64,000 nucleotides of DNA from Candidatus Hydrogenedentota bacterium (GTDB lineage: Bacteria > Hydrogenedentota > Hydrogenedentia > Hydrogenedentales > SLHB01): positions 78,265 through 142,264 of the forward strand of contig BTVY01000010.1 in the NCBI GenBank assembly GCA_045863335.1, given 5' to 3'. Of the stretch, positions 28,735 to 38,491 are shown piece after piece. Within the stretch, counting starts at the first letter, position 1. Every line of letters begins with the position of its first letter. The notes beneath the pieces were generated by a model that saw nothing but the letters and a program-made list of their open reading frames with translations, was not told the origin of the DNA and did not search any database. The translations under genes and the position numbers were made by a program.

Positions 28735-29319
28735 TCAACGATTCTTCATCCATAGGTCGTCAAAAAGTACGCGCGGTTTGCCAAACTCTGCGGCGGCAGC
28801 GCCAAGCAGATCCTGCAAGGCGAAGAACTTCTCCCGTCGGTCAATCTCGCGTATTTGCCTGAAGCATAGTGCCACACCACATTCACGAAGTTGCCGAATT
28901 ACAATGCCATCTATCGGCACGTATAACCAGGGCGAGATGCGGACAGCGTCTTTCTCAGAGAAGTATCGTGTCCGCAAAACCATGTCACGGCAGTAGAGAC
29001 ACAGAATCTTAGAAGCATGTCCCCACTTGTAGCCAGGCTCGATTTGTGGGCGGTTTGGATTGTGGCGTCTTATGACGCGAGCCACTTTCTCTAGTTCTCG
29101 CTCGAACCAGTTGCGAAACGCCGCTTCATTGGAAAGTGCTAAAACTCCATCGATCTTGACTCGCTCCAAACATGATATCAGGTGAGGCCGTGTCCCCTTA
29201 CGGAATACCCGAATCACAGACGCACCCAATACTTCACGTGCCGTCCTTTGGCGAACGGCCGTCTTTTCATCAAAGAGGATGGTCTTGTACGCGAGTCGCA
29301 ATTTGACAGGAATATCCAT
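28735..29319 (-). CDS. Hypothetical protein, HhH-GPD DNA glycosylase-like motifs
   Basis: GHASKILCLY..YVPIDGIV..GKPRVLFDDLW pattern; same strand and composition as the Mrr gene; fold call is inference. Confidence 0.55.
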   Translation of the reverse strand: MDIPVKLRLAYKTILFDEKTAVRQRTAREVLGASVIRVFRKGTRPHLISCLERVKIDGVLALSNEAAFRNWFERELEKVARVIRRHNPNRPQIEPGYKWGHASKILCLYCRDMVLRTRYFSEKDAVRISPWLYVPIDGIVIRQLRECGVALCFRQIREIDRREKFFALQDLLGAAAAEFGKPRVLFDDLWMKNR

Positions 29320-29373
29320 TGCGGTTCTCTCTCATTGAAACAATTATACTGTGTGGTACTGGAGATACCGAAC

Positions 29374-29586
29374 TCACAGATTAACCTCGACAACCTCCTC
29401 GAAAATGGAAGGAGGTATTGGCTCGCCGTGGGCGGCGAGGCTTTCGAGGTACCCACGAATGGCCTCGGTGGCGTTCTCCAGCGCTTCCGCATGGGTCTGC
29501 CCCTGAGAAATACAGCCGGGCAGCGTGGGGACCTCGGCCACGAATACGCCATCTTCGTCCTGCTGAATCAAGACCCGGTATCGCAA
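29374..29586 (-). CDS. HicB-family antitoxin (short, no DNA-binding domain)
   Basis: YRVLIQQDEDGVFVAEVPTLPGCISQGQTHAEALENATEAI signature; TTG start after GAGGAG. Confidence 0.88.
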   Translation of the reverse strand: MRYRVLIQQDEDGVFVAEVPTLPGCISQGQTHAEALENATEAIRGYLESLAAHGEPIPPSIFEEVVEVNL

Positions 29587-29698
29587 CGGGAAATCTCCTC
29601 TGATTCGACCGGCATTTCGCGATCGGACTATCCAGCATTAACGATACCACAGTTCTGCCGGGGAAACCGCGTTCCGTGGGAGGGCCTTTCCCAACGAC

Positions 29699-29737
29699 GA
29701 TCAGACGGATCGGTCCGATCGGCCGGATCGGTCCGAT
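29699..29737. repeat. 9-bp GATC-containing tandem repeat
   Basis: GATCAGACG-GATCGGTCC-GATCGGCCG-GATCGGTCC-GAT; related array at 43313-43350. Confidence 0.7.
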
Positions 29738-29746
29738 AGCAAGAGA

Positions 29747-31510
29747 TTATCCCTTCGGCGTGAGTATCACGTAGTGCGGCAGGCCCACGTAATCAAAGTT
29801 CCCCAGCACTTCGCTCGCCGGGGCTTGGTCGGGTTGTTCGGCCTGGTACTTGACCTTGACGAAGTTTTCGAGGCGCGCGAGGACGTCCGGGTCTTTGAAG
29901 GTGGTCTCGTTCATGACGAGACAGTTCTTGCACCAGGTGGCCCAGAAGTCGATGAGGACGGGCCTGTTCTGTTCGAGCGCGAGGGCGAGGCCTTCGTCGA
30001 GGGAGGAGGTCCAGCCTTCTTCGGTGAGGTTCTCGGCGCTGGCGACGACGGCTTCGCGGTCCACGAGATAGCGATCGCTGAAGAGGGTGTAGCCGAGATA
30101 GGCGTAGTACAGGGCGAAGCCGAGGATGAACACGCCGAAGGCTTGTTTCACTCGGACCATCCACATGCCCGGCTTCGGCAACAGCGACAGTCCCGCGCCC
30201 GCGAAGGGCCAGGGCAGGGCCATGCCCACGCCTAAAAGAAAAGGCAGCACGAGGCCGACGGGTGATCCGTCGGCATAGGCGTCCTGCGCGTAGAGGATCA
30301 CGGCGATGACGACGGGCGCGACGCAGGCGCCTGCGAGCAGCGCGTTGATGGACCCCATAATGAAGGCAAAGATGAAACTGCCCTTTTCCTTCTTGATGCC
30401 CAGCTTGCTCTGAAACTTAGAGAAATCGATCAAGATCAAATCGAACATGGCGAGGGCGAGAATAATAAAGACGATCGCGATTCCGAAGTTGAACCAGGGG
30501 GAGGCGTTGATCGTGCCAAAGGTACCCGCGCCGAGCACGGCGACGAGACCGAGGATGCCGTAGACGGCAGCGATGCCGAGTCCGTAGAGTCCGCCGAGGC
30601 CGAATCCTTTCGCGCGCGATCCGGCTTGCGCGCCCGCGCCGATGATGGCGAGGTTAATGGGGATAAGCGGCAACACGCAGGGCGTCAAGTTCAGGGCCAG
30701 TCCACCCACGACCGTTAATAGCACAATCGCGATAAGGCTTTTTCCCGCGAAGAAACTGGATTGGGAGAATCCTTCGCCGCTTTCCGACGCGTCGACAAAC
30801 GCGATAAATTCCTCCGGCTTCAAATAGCCGCCGGTCTCCCCGGCGATGGTGAACTGGGGTAGAAGTTCCTTCCAGTCGCCGGCCGCCGCCGACTGTGACT
30901 CGTCCGGCTCGTCCGGAATTGGCTCATCGACAACCGGTGCGGCGCCCTCGCCAAACGCAATGCGGCTGAACACGCCGGATTCCGTGGCCGTCGGGGATTC
31001 GCCCCCTGCCAGCACCGTAAGCGGGATGGTGAGATCGACGGTCTTCGGCGCGAGGCATTGGGTATCGTTGCAGGCCTGGTACCGCAGATGCGCGGGTATC
31101 TCGATGGTTCCCGCCGAAACGGTGTCCGCGACCTGTAAAACAATGCCGATGGGCACTTCACCTTCGTACACGGCGACGGGCTGGTCGGGGGAGAAGGAGA
31201 AGTTCTTGTTCTCCGCTTCGGGATAGACGATCTCGACGACCGAGATGCCCTCTGGAACATCAAGGGTAACGGCCGTAGCGATCAGGAATTCTTCCAAGGG
31301 CTCGTGAGCGTTGATGTGGTACGGCTCGACAACATCCGCGACGATGGCTGCGCGGATGCTGCCGCCGGGGACTACGCCCGATTGTTTGAGGACGACCTCG
31401 GCGGAGAGGACGTCGGGTTGGTTTCCGAATTGGGCCTGCGCGGGAACGCATACGAAAGCTATTGCCAGCAATGCGAGGGCGATGGTTCCCCGACTAAGAG
31501 AGCTGAACAT
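29747..31510 (-). CDS. DsbD-like thiol:disulfide interchange protein (DsbD-N, TM, thioredoxin)
   Basis: YQACNDTQCLAP, LTPCVLP, GACVAP and DFWATWCKNC motifs; signal peptide from MFSSL; the longer ORF reads through the upstream repeat. Confidence 0.88.
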   Translation of the reverse strand: MFSSLSRGTIALALLAIAFVCVPAQAQFGNQPDVLSAEVVLKQSGVVPGGSIRAAIVADVVEPYHINAHEPLEEFLIATAVTLDVPEGISVVEIVYPEAENKNFSFSPDQPVAVYEGEVPIGIVLQVADTVSAGTIEIPAHLRYQACNDTQCLAPKTVDLTIPLTVLAGGESPTATESGVFSRIAFGEGAAPVVDEPIPDEPDESQSAAAGDWKELLPQFTIAGETGGYLKPEEFIAFVDASESGEGFSQSSFFAGKSLIAIVLLTVVGGLALNLTPCVLPLIPINLAIIGAGAQAGSRAKGFGLGGLYGLGIAAVYGILGLVAVLGAGTFGTINASPWFNFGIAIVFIILALAMFDLILIDFSKFQSKLGIKKEKGSFIFAFIMGSINALLAGACVAPVVIAVILYAQDAYADGSPVGLVLPFLLGVGMALPWPFAGAGLSLLPKPGMWMVRVKQAFGVFILGFALYYAYLGYTLFSDRYLVDREAVVASAENLTEEGWTSSLDEGLALALEQNRPVLIDFWATWCKNCLVMNETTFKDPDVLARLENFVKVKYQAEQPDQAPASEVLGNFDYVGLPHYVILTPKG

Positions 31511-31533
31511 TGTGATTGGGATCGAAGCAAAGA

Positions 31534-31689
31534 ACATCCCCCTTGATCCCCATTCAAAGGGGGAATGGGCGCGCGCTTCGCGGCGCGCGAGTCTGCATAG
31601 CGAGACTTTCGAATAGTCGATACGCTTCGTGCGGCCTAAGAACCGCCGATTACGGGATTCCCCCTTTGAAGGGGGATCAAGGGGGATGT
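31534..31689. repeat. REPIN/MITE-like element, copy 2 (33-bp terminal inverted repeats, 90-bp spacer)
   Basis: Left arm 31534-31566 (1 mismatch vs copy 1); right arm 31657-31689 identical to the copy 1 right arm. Confidence 0.85.
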
Positions 31690-31780
31690 AATTCTTTCTT
31701 GAAATCATGTTCGTTCTACATCCTTCGTAATGCTGAAACTGCCCGATCTCATTCGGACGATTTGGTGACATTCGACTCGA

Positions 31781-33907
<2,127 letters not shown>

Positions 33908-34173
33908 GTCGCTCGTCTCCTCTGTCGTAGAAGGCTCCTGCCCGAACGCGTGCGCGGCAACGAAAGTTATGCCGAGCGCATAGCGCTTCACGTTCACGGG
34001 CAGGGTGGGGAATTTCGGGAATTTCGCCATGATCGAGCAAACACGCGCCTTTCCAAGGCCATTCCATTGCGTTCCTTGTGGACTATCGCCTCGCGACACA
34101 GCTTATGTATTCTATCCACTGGCCAATTAGAAGTCATGCGCGCGAATGCGCGAGCACGAGAGGGGTTGGAACA

Positions 34174-34887
34174 ATGCAGATTCTGAAGGGGCTCTACCAG
34201 GTGGGCGGCGATTTGAATGGCGTGACCTGGGCGGGGGTCGATGCAGGGTACGAAGATGGGAACACGTACGTTCTCGACGCGCCTGACGGCTTGCTCCTAT
34301 TTGATTGCGGGTGCGGCGACACGCTGGACCAGATCTACGACAACATGCGGTACTGGAACCTCGCGCCGGAAAACATCAAGGCCTGCATCCTGACTCATCC
34401 GCATTTCGACCACACGGCGGGCGCGCATTTCTTGAAGGCGCGGGGAGTCCCGCTTTGGGCGCATGCCAACACAGCCGAGGCCATGCGCGCCGGCGACGAA
34501 CGGTGCTGCGGCTATCTTTATCACAAGGTGTACACGCCGTGCGAAGTGGACCACGAACTTCAGGACGGCGACCGCATCAACGTACTCGGCATCGATATCG
34601 AGGTCATGCATCTTCCGGGTCACAGCATGGGGTGTACGGCGTACTTCTTCGACTACGAAGGAAAACGAATCGTGGTGAGCGGCGACGTCATCGGCACCTT
34701 GCTGGCCGGCGATTTCGGGTGGAGCGGTTCGATCGATTTCAATAAACCGGTTTACATGGAGTCGTTGAAACGTTTTGCCCGGATCGACACGGATATGATG
34801 CTGCCCGGGCACGGGATGATCTATTTCCACAAACCGCGGCGCCGCGTGGAGCAAGCCCTGAACAGCGCGCTCATGGAGTGGCGTTGA
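34174..34887 (+). CDS. Metallo-beta-lactamase fold hydrolase
   Basis: THPHFDH, PGHS, SGD and LPGHG motifs. Confidence 0.88.
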   Translation: MQILKGLYQVGGDLNGVTWAGVDAGYEDGNTYVLDAPDGLLLFDCGCGDTLDQIYDNMRYWNLAPENIKACILTHPHFDHTAGAHFLKARGVPLWAHANTAEAMRAGDERCCGYLYHKVYTPCEVDHELQDGDRINVLGIDIEVMHLPGHSMGCTAYFFDYEGKRIVVSGDVIGTLLAGDFGWSGSIDFNKPVYMESLKRFARIDTDMMLPGHGMIYFHKPRRRVEQALNSALMEWR

Positions 34888-34939
34888 ATTGCGCTGCCCA
34901 TCGCTTCGAGTTCCGGATGGACAATAGGCGAAGGCCCGA

Positions 34940-36421
34940 TTATTCCTGGTCTTCGATCCCGAGGGACTCGTACTCCCAATCGGCCAGCGGGGTCATATGG
35001 TCGTAATCGGGGTCGATGCCCAGTCCGAATCCGGGTTGCTCGAGTGATACGAGGTTGATTCGGCCGTCGCGAATACGCAGGCGTGCGGTGTCGCGGAAGG
35101 GCTCGTACAGCGTGCCGTGGGTGTCGAGGCAATCTGCCAATTCGAACGGCGAAACGTGGGCGAGCGTGCCGCAGTAGTGGTGGCCGTTGCGCTCCGCATG
35201 GGTGAGGCCCAGCGCGCTGAGGGTACAGAGGTCCTGCTGCAATGGCACGATGGGTTGGTTGCAGAGGTCTTCTCCGGATAGCAGATATCCATCGCCATCG
35301 GCGCCGTTGTAGTAATCGACGAGCATCTTGTTCAGGAAACCTTTGAAGACCCCTTTGCAGTTCTTCACGCTGACACCCCGGTACCCGAGGGCCACGGCCT
35401 GTTTGAAGGATTCCACATCGTCGTCGGACTCATCGATGATGACCGGGGGCAGGTCGCCGGCGCGTTCCAGGCCCGCGGCCCCCTCGTCCGACAAGGCCGC
35501 GGCACGTTCGATCGGTTGCTCGATAAAAATGACCCGTTCCAGTAGATTGCGCAGGCCGTTCTCATACTCGAAGGCCGCGTACCAGGATTCCAACGCATCG
35601 CAACTTGGGAACTGCTCGTTGCCGTCCAGTGTCACTTCGTACTTGCCGGGCAAAACTTCGTCCAACAGCCGCGCGATTGCGGTTAACCGAGCGCGGTCCA
35701 CATCGAGGTCGGCGGAGACTTTGATTTTGAAGTAGCGCACACCCGCTTCGCGAATCCACGCTTCGAGACTCTGGGGAATGCCGTCGTCCAATCTATCGCC
35801 GGGCGCGATATCGGCATCGTGAATGGGATCGCCGAGCCCGACGGTGTGACGAACGAACATGCTGCGCGCCGGGGCGACCGCGACGGCCTCCCGCGGCTGA
35901 CGCCCCTGCAGTTCATCGTGAACCGCGCCGGGATCGATGCCGAGCACGTTTTCCCGGAGCGCGCTGTGAAAGTCCATCCCCGCGAATTTATTGGTCGCGT
36001 CGATCAGGGCGCGCTCGATGATCGAGGAACCGAAGCTCCCGGTTAGGCCGTTCAACCCCACCAGCGACGCCGCTTCGAGGGTGACTTCGCAGGCCTCCTG
36101 CCAGATATCGAAGGCTGGTCGAAGCTGTGCGCCCACATCGCGGTAGGCCTGTGCCCCGGTTTTGGCGGCGAGGATCAGGTCGCTGATGTTCCGGCGATAC
36201 GACTTGTCCGGTGACTTGTCAAACCACTTGGGGGGCAGCATGTCAGCGCTCGCCCCGTAAGCCGTGGCGCCTTCCCCACAGCGTGCGACAAGCCGTGCGT
36301 GAAAGAGCGGTGCGGCAACCAGGCAGGCTTTGCCATACCGGAACGGCAATCGCATCGTCACGTTGCGCATAAAGAATTCAATGGATTCAATCGCAACCGG
36401 GATGACGTTACCAACGCTCAT
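34940..36421 (-). CDS. Enolase-superfamily (mandelate racemase-like) protein of unknown substrate
   Basis: YFKIK, LDGNEQ, IEQP, IDES and KNCKG motifs; RLPFRYG N-terminus. Confidence 0.7.
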   Translation of the reverse strand: MSVGNVIPVAIESIEFFMRNVTMRLPFRYGKACLVAAPLFHARLVARCGEGATAYGASADMLPPKWFDKSPDKSYRRNISDLILAAKTGAQAYRDVGAQLRPAFDIWQEACEVTLEAASLVGLNGLTGSFGSSIIERALIDATNKFAGMDFHSALRENVLGIDPGAVHDELQGRQPREAVAVAPARSMFVRHTVGLGDPIHDADIAPGDRLDDGIPQSLEAWIREAGVRYFKIKVSADLDVDRARLTAIARLLDEVLPGKYEVTLDGNEQFPSCDALESWYAAFEYENGLRNLLERVIFIEQPIERAAALSDEGAAGLERAGDLPPVIIDESDDDVESFKQAVALGYRGVSVKNCKGVFKGFLNKMLVDYYNGADGDGYLLSGEDLCNQPIVPLQQDLCTLSALGLTHAERNGHHYCGTLAHVSPFELADCLDTHGTLYEPFRDTARLRIRDGRINLVSLEQPGFGLGIDPDYDHMTPLADWEYESLGIEDQE

Positions 36422-36891
36422 CGTTTTCTCCACACGGAGTACGGATACAGGCTGAGATTGGAATTCAGGTAGCGGGGATCGTGAGAGACTTCGGCGAGCG
36501 CCCACTCCGGTTTGATGAATGCTTGTTCCGGATCGTCCAACTCCACCTCGGCGACAATCAGTCCCTCATTTGCGCCTTCGAACACGTCGATTTCCCAGCG
36601 CATACCGCCGTAATCGGCATAGTAACGGGTCTTCTCCACGATTCGGCCAAGACAGGCCTCCTCAAGTAGCTCCTCTGCGTCGTCCAGGGGAATCTCGTAC
36701 TCGAACTCCATCCGTTCGATCTCGACCGTGGACGTCTTGATGTTCAGCGTTCCCACGCTGTCCATGATCCGCACGCGAACGGCCACTGGAGGACCGATTG
36801 AAAGATACCCTTGTTTGCAATGTTTGAACCGATCGGTTGGGCGCCACGCCTCCCGGTTTACGAGAAACTTGCGTTCAATCTCCAAGGCCAT
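36418..36891 (-). CDS. CYTH domain protein (triphosphate tunnel metalloenzyme)
   Basis: EIERKFLV, QGYL, VRVR, EFEYEIP, KTRY, WEIDVF and AEVEL motifs. Confidence 0.92.
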   Translation of the reverse strand: MALEIERKFLVNREAWRPTDRFKHCKQGYLSIGPPVAVRVRIMDSVGTLNIKTSTVEIERMEFEYEIPLDDAEELLEEACLGRIVEKTRYYADYGGMRWEIDVFEGANEGLIVAEVELDDPEQAFIKPEWALAEVSHDPRYLNSNLSLYPYSVWRKR

Positions 36892-36929
36892 AGTCAAAAC
36901 TTCTCCATCGCCCGGCATTTCGTTCTTGA

Positions 36930-37427
36930 TTACATTTGCTCGTCCGCGGTAGGACCGTAAATCTGCGGGAGGGGGACATCGTTCATTCGCAGGTACACCG
37001 TAAGCTGACCGCGGTGGTGGATCAAGTGGCTTACGAGAAAGCTGCGCAGCACTTCCATCCGCGGCGCTTCGATCACCACGTTGCCTTCCCACTTCATGCG
37101 CCACGTGTTCGATACAGCGCCCTCTTCCGCGCTTTCCAAGGCCTTGCGCGCGTCGATGACGTTCATGTCGAAGGTCTTCAGCAATTCGTCCCGGTCTTTC
37201 GCCATGAAGGGCTTGTAGGTATCGGGACCCATATCGAGTACGTCGTCATTGACGACCCAGGCCGCCCATTGAGGATTCTCCGCAATATGCGACGCGAGCT
37301 GGCCCAGCCCCATGGACTTGTCGTGCGGTTTCCATCCGAATCGATCTTCCGGCACGCGTTCCAGGATCCGCCGCGTCGCGGCGCATTCCTTCACAAACTC
37401 CTCAATAAACGGCGCCAATTGGCTCAT
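36930..37427 (-). CDS. DinB/YfiT family protein
   Basis: WKPHDKSMGLGQLASHI and HLIHHRGQLTVYLR motifs. Confidence 0.9.
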   Translation of the reverse strand: MSQLAPFIEEFVKECAATRRILERVPEDRFGWKPHDKSMGLGQLASHIAENPQWAAWVVNDDVLDMGPDTYKPFMAKDRDELLKTFDMNVIDARKALESAEEGAVSNTWRMKWEGNVVIEAPRMEVLRSFLVSHLIHHRGQLTVYLRMNDVPLPQIYGPTADEQM

Positions 37428-37522
37428 GTCGTTTCTCCCTTTGTCACACCAGTCCCACGAGGTTGGGTTGCAGCCCGGGTGTTATTGTAGCGGGTCGAAG
37501 TCACACGGGCAACGCAAGGACT

Positions 37523-37580
37523 CTTGGGCTGGAAGCCCAAGGCACCTCGAAAACACGGCCTGGTAGGCCGTGTCACCTCG
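37523..37580. repeat. REP cluster, family A (inverted relative to 25081-25161)
   Basis: CTTGGGCTGGAAGCCCAAGGCACCTC and CACGGCCTGGTAGGCCGTGTCACCTC. Confidence 0.65.
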
Positions 37581-37590
37581 TGCCAAGGCG

Positions 37591-37743
37591 GGAGAGTGGG
37601 GTTTTCCAGCCCGCTTTTTCGGTAAGGAATGGAGTTCTACGGAACCTTCTCAACAGGGGATGGAACGCGTCGAGCGCTGCAAACGGGTATGACTCCCTAC
37701 GAATTGAGCGATTGGCGTCACGGGTTGGAAAACCCGCGCTACT
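37591..37743. repeat. Inverted REP doublet, family B (REPIN-like)
   Basis: GGGGTTTTCCAGCCCGC (37598-37614) facing CGGGTTGGAAAACCCGCG (37721-37738). Confidence 0.65.
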
Positions 37744-37763
37744 GGGAGTCCTGATGGTTCTGT

Positions 37764-37923
37764 GGTGGAATCACCCGCAACCCCGAGCCGCCGCGCGCGC
37801 TTGGCCCGAGCTTGCCACTACGCGCATTCGTTAGCAGGGCGCGGCACTCGCGGACCGCGTTGATAACGACTCGTTCGACGTCCTCGTGCTCGGCAGCACG
37901 GGGTTGCCGGGTGAATCTCCACC
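37764..37923. ncRNA. Candidate rod-shaped structured RNA (6S RNA-like)
   Basis: Ends pair over about 30 bp (GGTGGA/TCCACC, TCACCC/GGGTGA, GCAACCCCG/CGGGGTTGC, GCCG/CGGC); central weakly paired bubble; apical stem TCGTTA/TAACGA and CGCGG/CCGCG; strand unresolved. Confidence 0.45.
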
Positions 37924-38078
37924 GGTCAGCGTTGACGTCTCCCTCCGAGGAGCCCGTTCGCTTCCGCATCGCGAGCGGGCCGCCGGTTTGGTCGCTTCCT
38001 CTTCCGCGGAGGACGGACGCTCCCCGCCGATATGTCCGTATTCAGGCCGAGCAGCCGTTTTGAATGTCGATTGCCGGA

Positions 38079-38117
38079 CAGCAAGAACCCCCGGCTGGGG
38101 ATCCGGGGGCTTTGCTG
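38079..38117. terminator. Strong hairpin, possible terminator
   Basis: CAGCAAGAACCCCCGG-CTGGGGAT-CCGGGGGCTTTGCTG. Confidence 0.45.
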
Positions 38118-38491
38118 GGACCGTGCTTTTCCGTCTTCTAAGCGAGACGTGTGGAATAGAGCAATGGCCGTGCCAATCGAAGTCGCGAGGCGCAAATTCG
38201 GGCTAAACCCAATAGCGACACCACGCTATTCAAATTGCGATCAAAATCGGCCCTCGGTTCCCCGTTGACGAATTCTCGCCAGACTGACGAACTGCCGTCA
38301 TCGCGCCGCCCAATATGTGTCGAAGTATTATTCGCTTTGCAGTTTTACCCTGTTCTGTCCATGATTCGATAGGCACTCGTCCTGCGAGGCCAAGGTGTTG
38401 AGTGATCGCCGGTAACCTGCGTTACGGGAAATACTTGCAAAATCTCCGCCTTTCAGGCACCCTTCAATGGGGAAGGTATAGGGAGACCACT

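Noticed and set aside
1511-31689. 33-bp repeats as a CRISPR array
   Set aside because: The repeats are inverted pairs 30 kb apart, not direct repeats with short spacers; no cas genes are present
37763-37790. TGGTGGA (minus-strand TCCACCA end) suggesting a tmRNA or tRNA 3' end
   Set aside because: No T-arm (GTTCGA) precedes it and there is no matching acceptor 5' end
37990-38015. Minus-strand CGGAAGAGGAAGCG resembling the SRP RNA or RNase P core
   Set aside because: Lacks the SRP CAGG..GGAAGCAG symmetric loop and the RNase P GAGGAAAGTCC motif
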